Shown here: in pieces, positions 14,560 through 26,660 of the stretch
Numbering within the stretch: the stretch's first letter is position 1
How the letters are laid out: every line of letters begins with the position of its first letter
Assembly: GCF_009914755.1 (NCBI RefSeq)
Contig: NC_060926.1
Reading direction: 5' to 3' (one strand)
Source: the human T2T-CHM13v2.0 reference genome, Homo sapiens
Length of the DNA stretch: 64,000 nt
Made by a program: the position numbers and the translations under genes
Notes under the pieces: generated by a model
Seen by the model: the letters and a program-made list of their open reading frames with translations, nothing else
Told to the model about the DNA's origin: nothing
The model's database searches: none

Positions 14560-15850
14560 TAACTCTTTTCAGCTTCTTTCTTCTATCATGTTTAGTCCAC
14601 TTCAGAACCCACCCACCTCCCAAGATAGCTATATGACAATTTGATTAGACCAGTAATCAGGGTTTATGTTTCTATGACTATGTAATTGCTCATGAATGAG
14701 CTAGGTAGCATACCATGATCTTTTTTTCTCTTGACAATATTTTGTTCTCCTTAAAGTTAAGGAGGGCCTGGTTTTACTGTCATTTCTTCCTTTAGTTTTC
14801 TATAATCATATCATTTTCTTCGACCAAACTCTCTCAATTGTGGAAACATCTTCTCAAAACTTTTGGACACATTAGGTATTTTGTCACCTTCACTGTCTTG
14901 AAGAAATCTCTCCTGAGACTTTTGACCTGCTCCAAACTTAGATTAATTGTTTTCTAGGTCTGCTGTGCAGTTGTGGGATCTTTATTCATGAGTCTTCTCT
15001 TTCCTATATCATATTCTTGTTTCCCAAATTTCATATCTTCCTTCTTCTTACTCTTGTGTTGGAGAAGCACACTCTCCACTAGCTTCTTGAGAAGACTTGC
15101 ATAAGAAGTAAAATTTTTGACATTTATGTACTTCTGAAAATGTCCGTATTCTACCTTCACATATGATTTTAATTTTTACTGCATATAGAATTCTAGGTTG
15201 CAAATAATTTTCCATAAAAATTTTGAAAGCATATTTCTATTGTTCTCTGATTTCAGATTGGAATTAGAGAAATCTCTGCCATTGTGATTCTTGAAACTTT
15301 GTTTGAAATTCCTTCCCTTTAAACTTGTTTCTGGACTCTTAAATTTTATTATTTTAATTATTATTAATAATTTTTTTAGAGATGAGTTCTTCCTTTGTTG
15401 CCCCAAACTGGTCTCAAACTGCTGGGCTCAAGCAGTCTTCCCATCTTGGCCTCCCAAAGTGCTGGGATTACAGGTGTGAGCCACCATGCCTGGCCTGTCT
15501 GGACTCTTACTGGATTGTCTAGTTCCTACTCACCCTCCCCCTGACCAAGTGTTTTACAATTTCATAGTGATGGCATTTGGTGTGGGCCTAATTTCCTTCA
15601 TTATGCTTAGTACTCACTGGATCCTTTCAATATGGAAACTCATGTCCTTCAACTCTATAATATTTTCATGGATTCTTTCTTTGATGATTTTCTTCTCTCC
15701 ATTTGTATTTGTCTCTGAACTCCTATTATTCAGATAGGAGTTGTATTGTTCTTCTAATGTTTTTCTTTCCTGTTTTCCATATTTTGACTTTTTGTCTTAT
15801 TTTTGGAATATGTGCTCAATTTTTTATTCCAGCCCTTCTATTAAGGTTTT
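14560..15850 (-). mobile_element. Ancient L1ME/HAL1-like fragments with an inserted Alu monomer
   Basis: tatagaattctaggttgcaaataattttcc, gagaaatctctgccattgtgattc, cctttcaatatggaaactcatgtccttca. Confidence 0.6.
15370..15495 (-). mobile_element. Alu left monomer (FLAM_C-like)
   Basis: agagatgag...ctggtctcaaactgctgggctcaagcagtc...cctcccaaagtgctgggattacaggtgtgagccaccatgcctggcc. Confidence 0.9.
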
Positions 15851-16029
15851 GTTTTGTTTTGTTTAGGTATGAAACGAATATCTATTTAGGCTAAGAAATT
15901 CCCACAAATTACAAATTTTAAAAAGGTGACAAATATTATAAACATTATTTTTTGCTATGCTTTTTGATAATTGTTGGTAATTTGAAATAACAAAGTAGAT
16001 TTATAATGATCATAAAGGCAAGTTAAGTA

Positions 16030-16335
16030 TATTATTCTGCTATTGGCATTACTTGTCAAATCCAGCAGTCAATTTATTATCTCCTCTTACTCAGTTGTTC
16101 TGCAGCATTTGACAGCGGTGACCACTGCATACCTCTTTTGACACACTTTCTTCTTCAGCCTCAATGACACCACAGTCTTCTGGTTGTTTCTTCTGCTTTA
16201 CTGGTTGGTCATGCTCAGTGTCTTTTGCTGGCTTCTCTTCCTCTGCTGAACTTCTGGATAACGGGGAATTTAATAATGTGCCAAGAATTTAATCCTAGAC
16301 CTCCTTCTCTTTTCTTATTAACCCTGTAGGTGATT
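16030..16335 (+). mobile_element. L2 ORF2-region fragment
   Basis: ctgcagcatttgacagcggtgaccact...cacactttcttcttcagcctcaatgacaccaca. Confidence 0.7.
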
Positions 16336-16469
16336 TTATTTTTTTTAATAGAAACTTTATTGAGCTATAATTCACATACCATGAAATTCACCATTTTAAG
16401 TTGTATAATTCAATGTTTGTTGTACAATCATCATTACTATCTACTTCTATTTATTTTTCTTCAAAAATA

Positions 16470-17462
16470 TATTTTTATTTTTAAATTTTTTTTACTTGAA
16501 AAATCATAATTATATACATTTGTGGGCTATGATGTAATGTTTTGATATATGTATTCAATGTGAAATGACTAAACCAAGTTAATTGACCTAGCCATCACCT
16601 TACTTATCTATTGTTTTTTACAGTGAGATATTTGAAATTTACTCTGTCATTTTGAAATATGCAATACATTTTTATTAACTGTAGTCACCTGCTGTGCAAT
16701 AGATCTCAACACTTATTTCTCCTGTCTGTCTGAAACTTTGTACCCTTTGACCAGCAACTCCACATTCCCTTCCTTCTCTCAATCTCCCAATCTGTGGTAA
16801 CCATCATTCTACTCTCTACTTCTAAGAGTTCCACTTTTTTAGGTTCCACATATCCACATGTCTTTCTGTATCTGACTTATTTCACTTAGCATAATGTCCT
16901 CCAGGTTCATCTCTGTTGTCACAAGTGATAGCATTTCCTTTTTAAAAAAAGGCTGAATGGTATTTCATTGTGTATGCATACCACATTTTGTTTACCTATT
17001 CATTCATAATGGATACTTGATTTCATCTCTTGTCTATTGTGAGTAATGCTGGAATGAATGTGGGAGTGCAGAGATCCCTTCAACATGTTGATTTCAATTC
17101 CTTTGACTATATACCCAGGAAGTGAGGTTGCTGGAGTATATGGTAGTTCTAGTTTTAGTTTTTTTGAGGAACATCCATACTGTTTTTTTAATAATGCCTC
17201 TACTAATTTACATTCTCAACAGCAATGTATAAGAGTTCTCTTTTTGCACATCCTTGCCAACACTTATCTTTCATCTTTTGGATAAAAGCTATTCTAACAG
17301 GTATGAGGTAATATCTCATTGCAGTCTTAATTTGCATTTTTCTAATGATTAGTGATACTAAGCATTTTTTCATGTATTTACTGTCCAGTTGCATGACTTC
17401 TTTTGAAAAATATCTGTTCAGACCATTTGCCCATATTAAAATCAGGTTATTTGTTTTATTGC
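16470..17462 (-). mobile_element. L1MA 3' end, preceded by a short L1MB-like 3' end at ~16340-16445
   Basis: gtagtcacctgctgtgcaatagatctc, gacttatttcacttagcataatgtcctccaggttcatc, ctattctaacaggtatgaggtaatatctcattg. Confidence 0.9.
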
Positions 17463-18640
17463 TGTATTAGGTCAATCTTGCATTGATATAAAGAAATACC
17501 TGAGACTGGGTAATTTATAAAGAAAAGAAGTTTAATTGGCTTATGGTTCTGCAGGCTGTATAGGAAGTGTGGTGCTGGCCCCTGCTTAGCTTCTGGGGAG
17601 GCCTCAAGGAGCTTTTACTCATGGTAGAAGGCAAAGTGGAAGCAGGCACGTCACATAGCAAAAGCAGGAGCAAGAGGGGTGGGGTGAGGTGTCACACACT
17701 TTTAAATGAACAGATCTCATGGGAACTCACTCACTATTGTGAGGATAGCACCAAGCCTTTGGGGATCCACTCCCATGATCCAATCACCACCCACCAGGCC
17801 CCACCTCCATCATGGGGATTATATTTCAACATGAGACTTGGGTAATGGTATGGTTTGGCTGTGTCCCCCTCCAAATTTCAACTTGAATTGTATCTCTCAG
17901 AATTCCCAAGTACTGTGGGACGGATCCAGGAGGAGGTAATTGAATCATGGGGGCCAGTCTTTCCCATGCTATTCTTGTTATAGTTAATAAGTCTCATGAG
18001 ATCTGATTGGTTTATCAGGAGTTTCAGCTTTTGCTCCTTCTCATTTTCTCTTGCCACTGCTATATAAGAAGTGCTTTTCACCTCCTGCTATAATTCTGCG
18101 GCCTCCCTAGACATGTGGAACTGTAGGTTCAATTAAACCTCTTTTTCTTCCTAGTCTCAGGTGTGTCTTTATTAGCAGCATGAAAACAGGCTAATACAGG
18201 TGGGGACAAATACTCAAACTATATCGTCCTGCTTCTGGTCCTAAATCTCATGTCCTTCTGGTCCTAAATCTCATGTCCTTCTCTAATTGCAAAATACAAT
18301 TATACCTTCCCAATAGTTCTCCAGAGTCTTAACTAATTCCAGCATCAACTCAAAAGTCCCAAGTCCAGGTTCAAAGTCTCATCTGAGACTCATTTGCTTC
18401 CACCTATGAGCCTGAGAAATCAGAACAAGTTATTTGCTTCCAAGATACAATGGGGGTACAGGCATTGGGTTATCATTCCTGCTCCAAAAGGGAGAAATCA
18501 GCCAAAAGAGAGGGGCTACAGGCCTCAAGCAACTCTGAAACCCAGGAGCACACCCGTTAAATTGTAAAGCTCCAAAATAATCTCTTTTGACACCATGTCC
18601 CATGTCCCATGTCCAGGGCACACTAACACAAGGGGTGGGA
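17463..18640 (-). mobile_element. MST (MaLR) LTR (17463-18226) plus adjoining internal sequence (to ~18640), with a THE1 LTR nested inside
   Basis: tgtattag...aaagaaatacctgagactgggtaatttataaagaaaagaagtttaattggc; LTR resumes at ggtggggacaaatactcaaactatatc; MaLR internal motifs caaagtctcatctgagac and cttccaagatacaatgggggtacaggcattggg. Confidence 0.88.
17846..18198 (+). mobile_element. THE1 solo LTR nested in the MST LTR
   Basis: tggtatggtttggctgtgtcccc...ggaggtaattgaatcatgggg...gcagcatgaaaacaggctaataca; degenerate TSD ggtaa / ggtgg. Confidence 0.92.
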
Positions 18641-19005
18641 GCTACAAAAGTGGAGCTCATGGAGATAGAGAGTAGAATGATGGTTATCAGAATCTGGGAT
18701 GAGAAGAGGAGGAGGATGAAGGGAAGTTTGTTAATGGCTACAAAAATACAGTTGGGCAGAAGGAATGAGTTATAAAAATCAATAGAGTAGTAGGGAAATT
18801 ATAGCTATTAATAATTTATTGTATATTTCGAAAAAGCTAGAAGAGAAGAATTAAAATGTTCCAAACACAAAGAAAAGATAAATATTTGAGGTAATGGATG
18901 TCCCAATTACCCTGATTTGATCATTACACATTGTATACATCTATCAAAATACCATATGTACCCTCAAAATGTGTACAAGTATGATATATCAATTTTTAAA
19001 AAAGA
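18640..19005 (+). mobile_element. L1MA 3' end
   Basis: ctcatggagatagagagtagaatgatggttatcaga, ccaattaccctgatttgatcattacacattgtataca, A-rich end. Confidence 0.88.
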
Positions 19006-19009
19006 AACC

Positions 19010-19910
19010 ATTATCTACGGTCATAAAGATTTGCTGCTATGTTTTCTTCTGAGGGTTTTATAGTTTTTGCTCTTACATTTCAGTGTCTGATCCATTTTGA
19101 GTTAATTTTTGTGTATGGTGTGAGATAGGGATCAAACTTTATTCTTTTGCATGAGGATATCCAGTTAGCACCATTTATAGAAAAGAATGCTTTTTCCACA
19201 TGGAATTGACTTAATATATGAAATTTTGATTATGTAATCACTTTTAAGTTTCAAAAATTCTGTTTTCCTTTCAGAATATTCCTATTTGGTAGTATCCTGT
19301 TTTTGTTTTTCTCTTATTTTCTCTGAGGGTATTCTCTGAGGGTATTTTAATATGACTCTCTGCAGAAAATTTTTTTCCCTTTTAAAAATCTCCCTCCTCT
19401 ACTCTCTTTTTGGTCACATCTCCCATGGTACCATATTTCTTCAGCTATCTGGTAATCCTTGGTTGCTGGTTCTTGATTAATATTGGTGTCCTATTTGGGG
19501 GGCTTGTGAGTATTGAGCTCAATTGTAGGGTGATTTGAGTGGGCTTTTTTTTGGTGAAATGCTGATGCCAGTATATGTAAGTCTTTTTTCTTGGGTTGGT
19601 CAAGTTCTGCAGTGAATATTCCTCCATTCTCTTTCCAGGAGGGTAAAGGTCTGGCTGCCAGTATTCTGGAAGCTTTGTGGGGGAAGAAGTTAGGGGCCTC
19701 ATTATTCCATCTCTAGTATGATTGTTGTTACTTAAGTCTCCTGTATCAGGTCTGGTACCACACATTCAACTATGCCCAGTCAGTCCCCAGTCCAAGGACT
19801 TTATCTGTTACCCTCTTCCAGAGAATAAATTCCCAGTTTCCTTTCTGAGAGGTGATGGGTCAATTTCCCAGCAACAGGAATGGGGAGGAGATCTAGGGTT
19901 CTAACTATTT
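19010..19910 (-). mobile_element. Old L1M fragments
   Basis: tgatccattttgagttaatttttgtgtatggtgtgagatagggatc (ORF2 region) followed by L1ME/HAL1-like sequence. Confidence 0.6.
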
Positions 19911-21046
19911 ATAAGCAACTTATATAAAAATATTTTTACAAGTGTAAAACTATGCACAGTTTCACACATATAGTAACCTTGCATATATACTTCTGCTCTT
20001 GGTGCAATGTAACCTTGCACATATAGTTTTGCACTTCTACAAATAACATTGCAATATTATTTATAATTCAAGTACATTGGACAGTATCTAGATTACTAGC
20101 AATAAGACATATACACACTCCATACAATAAGATATAGTATAAAGATTAGGTAGAATGTATGTTAATATGGAAAAATGTTCATAAAATATTGCTAATATAA
20201 AACAATTGGAATAACATGCTCCAATTTATGTAAAAATATAAATATGTACAAATATTCATATTATTTGCATGCATAGAGATGAGTCTGGAATAATATATAC
20301 CAATATGTTAATGATAGTTGACTGTATGCCAGAATTAGAGGTGAGTATGGTTTTTTCCCCTTTATTTTTAGCTGTATTTCATGCTATTTTACAAGACAGA
20401 TCAGTTACTGACAAAGAAATGATACTTTTATAAAGTGCAATTCTCAGTTCACAGGTGTGAGCTCCTTTCTTAAGCAGGAACTATCATTTTTGAACTCGTG
20501 TATTGTAAGTAAACAGCACAGAGCCTGTACCTAAGTACTCAGAAAACGTATGTATAAGGAATTCATTCCATTTGCTTTCTTCCATGTTAATGATTTCTCC
20601 TACATTCAGTGAAATCTACTTTACCTTGATGTTCCTGTTTTCTTTTGTCTTCATCAGTGTGAATGCTAAGGGAATGTGTGAATGTAATTTGTTAAAGTGG
20701 TCTGATGAAACTTCTGACAAAATTGATATAAGATTGTTTTCAAAAGATTTAACAATATCTTAAACTTATAAATAACACTGTTGAAATGACTTTTGACTTA
20801 AAATTGAAAAGCTATCAACTCTGAGTTACTGTTTAGGGGGCCATCTGAAGAAGTTGCTGCATCCTAGCCCACAAAAGAAGAAATGATAAAATCATTTTAC
20901 ATTGTCCATTGGCAGACATACAGAGTGGAGGCAGGAAGACAGGATTGCTTGCTGATTTTGAAAAGTGTTCTGAACATTTGATTTGGGGTTCTGTCTCATA
21001 GGAATCACTGGAGGAAACGGTGGGAGTTGTGTTTGATAAATCACTT

Positions 21047-21111
21047 AAAAAATAAATTCTGTTGTGTATATTTAAGGTATACAACATGATTTTATAAGAT
21101 ACATGGATAGT
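21047..21111 (-). mobile_element. Short L1 3'-terminal segment fused to the U6 copy
   Basis: Minus strand ...AAATCATGTTGTATACCTTAAATATACACAAC... resembles an L1MA/MB 3' terminus. Confidence 0.75.
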
Positions 21112-21220
21112 AAAAAAATGTATAGCGTGTTCACAGATTTGCATGTCATTCTTGCACATGGACATGCTGATCTTCTCTGTATTGTTCCAATTTTAGAATA
21201 TGTGTTGCCAAAGCAAGCAC
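21112..21220 (-). pseudogene. RNU6P: Full-length U6 snRNA retropseudogene (U6/L1 chimera)
   Basis: Minus strand GTGCTTGCTTTGGCAACACATATTCTAAAATTGGAACAATACAGAGAAGATCAGCATG...ACATTTTTTT is colinear with U6; ACAGAGA box at 21180-21174; CpG decay; TSD taaatca(c/t)tt 21037-21046 / 21221-21230. Confidence 0.95.
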
Positions 21221-21412
21221 TAAATCATTTTTACTTATTTATTCTCCTACTAACTAGTAGGAAAGAAGACTTGATAGGGAGAACCAAGGAAGAGGAGGAG
21301 AAGAACTCTGCTCACATCCTTCATTGGCTCAGCACTCGAGCTGCTCTTTAATAGGCCTCAGGCTGCCCTTGAAACCCTAGGATGAGAAGTACTTTGCTTT
21401 GCCAGATTATCC

Positions 21413-21790
21413 TGTGTATCAGTCAGGGTCCAGCCAGAAAAATAAGGCACTCTAGGTCTTTCAGCAAATGAAATTTAGTCCAGGAAATAGATTTCACAGA
21501 TGATGGAGAGGGAGTTTAGGGACCAGAGAGAGGGCTTTTGGATGGGAACCAGAACTGTGGAAGTAAAGATAACCTGGAAGGAGGTGCAGCTTCTGGAGAC
21601 ATCAAAGGAGAGAGAGAGAGAAGGGAGAAAATTCATTTGTCATGCCCTTCCTTGTGCCCTTCATCTTCTAGCTGTGCCTCCAATATGCTGAAGCCAGAGG
21701 GCGAAAGAGCCTGGAAGAGTCGTTCCCTGAGATGGAGAGCAGAGCAGGGCAAGGCAGGGAAGAGCACAGACTGGCAGGGACAGGCGCATT
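21413..21790. mobile_element. Old ERVL-class LTR fragment (subfamily uncertain)
   Basis: tgtgtatcagtcagggtccagccagaaaa...agagcagagcagggcaagg pattern. Confidence 0.5.
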
Positions 21791-22267
21791 GAGTACATTT
21801 TATAAAGTTGAGATTGTATGAATTAACTTACTGCCCCTGCACCTCTGACATGTTTTTACATGCCCACATGCACTGAGGCATTTTCAGTGTGCATGTGTAC
21901 CTGTGTTTGTGTATGCGTATCTCTGAGATCTTGGTTGGGCTAATGTCCTACTTATGAGAAAAGTGCAAGTGCTCATTCTAAGATTGTATGCAAAATGACA
22001 GCGAACACTCCTGTTTTCAAGTGGCACTTAGCATTTACATAATGCTGAAACATCTGGTCTTTCCCATCAACCCAGGCATGAAGTTAGTCCAGTTGATTGC
22101 TTGGCATTATGTACAGACAACAGCTGGCTGGTTAACTGGAGTTTTGATTACGGCTGAATTGGCTGGATGTTTGGTGTCACATAGACTGAAGTTATGACTG
22201 GGTAACGATGGAGTAGAGCCAGTTACAGGGAAGATCAATGACAAATTTGTGAAATCAAACTTTTGTA

Positions 22268-22379
22268 TGGAATTTCACTGGAAAAGATAATTATTTATTT
22301 CCAAGACTGAGTTTCAGAAACTCACTGGAATTTCACTGGAAAAGATAATTATTTGTTTCCAAGACAGTTTCAGAAACAC
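22268..22379. repeat. Tandem duplication, 58-bp unit, 2 copies
   Basis: tggaatttcactggaaaagataattattt(a/g)tttccaagac..agtttcagaaac..ac twice, differing by one substitution and two 2-bp indels. Confidence 0.95.
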
Positions 22380-24082
22380 TGAGACCTGGCTGAGTTTATC
22401 TCTGGTGACTTTTCATTCCCATTTCACCTCCTTTCACCCAAGTGTCCCCTGCCCTTGTACCCATATCCTCAGGTGCCCTTGGCCATTCACCCTTAAGGCA
22501 CCTGGCTCCTGGGCTTATCACCCTGGGAACGACCTCCAGATTCTGAATTTTTTAACCTTTATGTCTCTTTCCCCTTTGTCCCTTTCATCAAATCACATTT
22601 GTCCTGTCATTCAGAGATCTGCTATCTGTTGCAGGATCAACTGATCTCAGAATCTAATTTTCATGAAGATGTTTGTAGATGATACTGTGCTAATATTTAT
22701 CTTTTCATCTTTCCATATGTGGAAGTGGTCTCAACTGAGACTGAAATTCAGGCATACTTGGCACATTTTTATCTTGTGCTTGCCAGAAGCATGTTTGCAC
22801 AAACACTGAGGAATGTCCTGGGAGAAGAAGGAGCCAGGTTGGATAAGCTCTCAGCATAGGGCCTTGCCTGTCAGGGGGTGCTGAGCCAGCATGTGCCATG
22901 GTTTCAGGCACCTAGAGCTGTCTCCCTGCCCTAATGGAACATATCTGAGTTTTGCGGAGAGCAGAGGAACTCTAAAATTTTAAGGGAGGTTAGGGGTGAG
23001 AAGAGAGAGAGATAGAGAACTGTGTAAAGTACTGGGACCTAAGTGACCATGCTTGAGAATCTCTCCAAAGCAAAATGGAAGTAAGATTTCTTTCTTGTGA
23101 CAAATCTTTCTTGCATAGATTTGATTTCTGGAGAGCCCTATGAGGAACTGGGGTACTTGCAGGAATGATGGCTAAGCCAAGCTGAGGTCATCACAGGAGC
23201 CAGCAGGAATGGGATTATTTAGCAGCCTGTTTCAGACTCAGAAATATTGGAAAAAAGTTTTTGAAGGGATCAGGGTGAGTAGTGGGGTGGGAAAGGCTGA
23301 AGGCCTGAAGGCCTGTCAAACACAAATGGTTATACCGACTATAAACATTTAAATTATTCCATTAAATAAAACTTCATTTTAACCCACATTTTTAAGGTCT
23401 AAGGAAATTCAGATGGTACCTGTAACATATTTGCCTTTTACCAGAACCTTTGAATGTTTTGCATCCAATGCATGATTGATGGTGGCAATTTCAGATCATC
23501 CAATGGTAAATTGGCGAAGGAAAAATACTTTTAGGCAATCATTTAAGTATTCTTCAAATAATACTTCATAAATTTGCTTCTTAGCCCCCTGGTTTTATTT
23601 GTTAGCTTAAGACATGAGGACTTGAAATGTCACTATATGATTATTGACAGAGACTTGGCTGCTACTGGGGAGAGGAGTGTGAAATCCAAACATATTTTTA
23701 AAATCTGAGTAGATCTTTATTAGCTTATAACTAGCAATATTACAATGGAAGTTATTTTAGTTTATACAGATAATTAAGGTAAAACTTCAGTTTTAATGAT
23801 AGGTTTGCTGATTGGTTTTACTATATTAATTCATTTAACAGACATTTGCTTGGTGCCTATTATGTATTAAACACTTTGCTGGGCTCAGGGTAAACTTTGG
23901 TGAATTCAGCAGATTTAAAATCTAATATAGCTAAATCAGGCTTAACTTCCTTTGTTTTCTAGCTGAGATACCAACTGAAAAGATTAATGTATCAAAACAA
24001 CAAATTTTCCCTAAGAAAGATTATGCTTTATATCATCAGAAAGTATGTTCCCTGTCCCAAAATCTGGACATATGAATATACA

Positions 24083-24086
<4 letters not shown>

Positions 24087-24119
<33 letters not shown>

Positions 24120-24128
24120 GCGTGCGCG
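24087..24128. repeat. (TG)n/(CG) microsatellite
   Basis: tgtg...tgtgcgtgtgcgtgcgcg. Confidence 0.97.
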
Positions 24129-24567
24129 TATAGTATAACTTGTGTTCATATCACCAGAACCTTATATGGCTAAAGAAAAATTACAGAAATTTAAACATCA
24201 AACATATAAGTTTCATCTGTAGAAAAAAAATCCAGATTTTATTTAAACCACCAAAATTGCAGTCAGCTGCTGAGAGAAAAATAAAGGCAAAGATCCTGTT
24301 TACAAGGCACCTAGAGTTCAGCCATCAGATGGTTTTGGTTAAGATGTAGTTTCTCTTCATGCTGATGTTTCTATAAGACATTTTTGTGAGTCAGTCATCA
24401 CCCAACTTCCTAGTGTCTTTCTTTCCCTTGTATGTGTGTGTGTGTGTTTTTTTTTACAATACCTTTATAGCGTTGCTTTTAATTTTTGACAACGTTTACT
24501 GAAAACTTACTCCTTTGCAGCTTTTATGTGATTTGTAGAATTGCATTCTGTAGTAGGCAAAATTCTG

Positions 24568-24568
<1 letters not shown>

Positions 24569-24614
<46 letters not shown>
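24569..24614. repeat. (TG)23 microsatellite
   Basis: Perfect TG run. Confidence 0.97.
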
Positions 24615-24615
<1 letters not shown>

Positions 24616-25934
24616 TGGGGGTAGCGGGGGTTCCTGTTGTTTCTTTGTGGCTCTTTCTGTCCATTTTTAACTTCTGCTGGCAAGATGCTGGTATTAAATC
24701 TTTACCCCACTAAGTTATTAAGTATTTAAGCTTATAATAGACTTGTCCTCTTTACCTTGTCTATGCGTTCCTGGAAAGAGAGTACATTAGAAGGTTTACT
24801 GGTTGTGACTACCCCACCATGCCTAGAATAACTAGGTGATAAGCCATCTCATGCCAAGCTAATATTCTGCCCTATGGGAAGTTTGCTATAGGTAGTAGGG
24901 TGTGCCCCACTACACCAAAGGTGAGGGAGTTAAGCTGTCTGTTTGCAAGAGGGTCATAGCTTTCCCATATACGTGTGCCAGGATTTGCTGACAGGGAATC
25001 TGTCTTGATGAGCTGCACTGCATTCTCAATGCCTCCAGTGCTAAAGCATTCAATGAAAATATTTTTGATTGACTTCTCCCACTGTGGCAGTTTTTGATTC
25101 TGCAGTGGGTTTGGATTTAAAACTATTGTGCTTATTGTCTGATAATGGGAACCCCCTAGCTGCTCATTGCCTTAAAAGGAACCCAGTAGACACACCTGTG
25201 AATTATGTTTCGCACATTTTCTACCAACTGGTAAAGCCACTTAAAATACTTAGATTCATTTGTTTTAGATGTAGGAAAAAAATCTCTCTGTGTGACTACA
25301 ATTGCATGTCTACTATATGTGTATTTGTTTTTAACCATTCTTTCTGAAATGGAAACTGATCATTCTGGGTCATCGCTGAAGAAGTACTTACCCCCTTTTC
25401 AGCTGGAAAAAATATGTACCTGAATTATGGGAGAATACAAGGAACCTTCAGTTCACCATTTGTCTTGGCTCCTTTCCTTTGGTAGAGAGGTAGGGGAGAA
25501 AGGAAGAAAAAACACACACACACACCAAAACCTCATGGACTATTCCCTTAACTTCTTTCCCTGGAGTCATTGACTACTAACTGAAATAAACCTATCTATT
25601 CATTAAAGAAAATTATATTTGCCTATTTAAAAAGGCCTATTTTTCTGTATCTCTTATTTTTCTTTAATTCTGAAGAGTATTGAATGGAAAATATGCATTT
25701 TCTTTTTTTTTTACATAGTTTGTGAACAATTTAAAGAAAACTGTGTAAAACGTCATTATGCTTTAGCTTGTGACTTTGTACAGATCTGAGTGTTGTGTGT
25801 TCTTCATGATGTATTGTGTAAATGATTAGCTACAATCACAACCTACTCTTTTGGCTCTGACAGCAGATATTTTTGTTAGATTTGAATTAGGCAACAAATA
25901 GAATGCTAACTCTTAACAAGTATTTTTGCTATAA

Positions 25935-26239
<305 letters not shown>

Positions 26240-26289
26240 GCTATAAGTGTTTTCTAATATTTGTAATAAGACATTTTATTTATATAACA

Positions 26290-26660
26290 CTTTATAAAAC
26301 TTCATTGTCTTCTTTGAATCTCAGCTCCCTAAAACAGGTGCCATTGTCTCCAAATTGGGAGCCAGAAAGTATTCATGACTTGTTTGAGGTCACAAGTTAG
26401 GTTAGTGACAGAGCCAGAACCCAAATTGAAATTCTTTCTACAAAGGCTGGACACCTTGACCAAGTATATCAGTTTAGCTAGAGCTTTGGCATAGCTAGAG
26501 CTTGTCTGTTGTTCAAAATGCAGTTTTTCTCTCTTCTCTGCTTCTATATGAAGACAACAGTCTTATCTATCTTGTTCACAATTTCAGCCCTAGCAGCTTG
26601 CACAGAACTTTGAATGGAATAGTTAATACATATATGTGAATACATATATGTGAATGAATG
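26290..26660. mobile_element. MIR fragment (minus) followed by an L2 3' end (plus)
   Basis: gaggtcacaagttaggttagtgacagagccagaac; tcttatctatcttgttcac...gaatgaatgaa. Confidence 0.6.

Noticed and set aside
21112-21220. Functional U6 gene
   Set aside because: Many substitutions, L1 tail and TSD mark a retrocopy; no evident PSE/TATA promoter upstream
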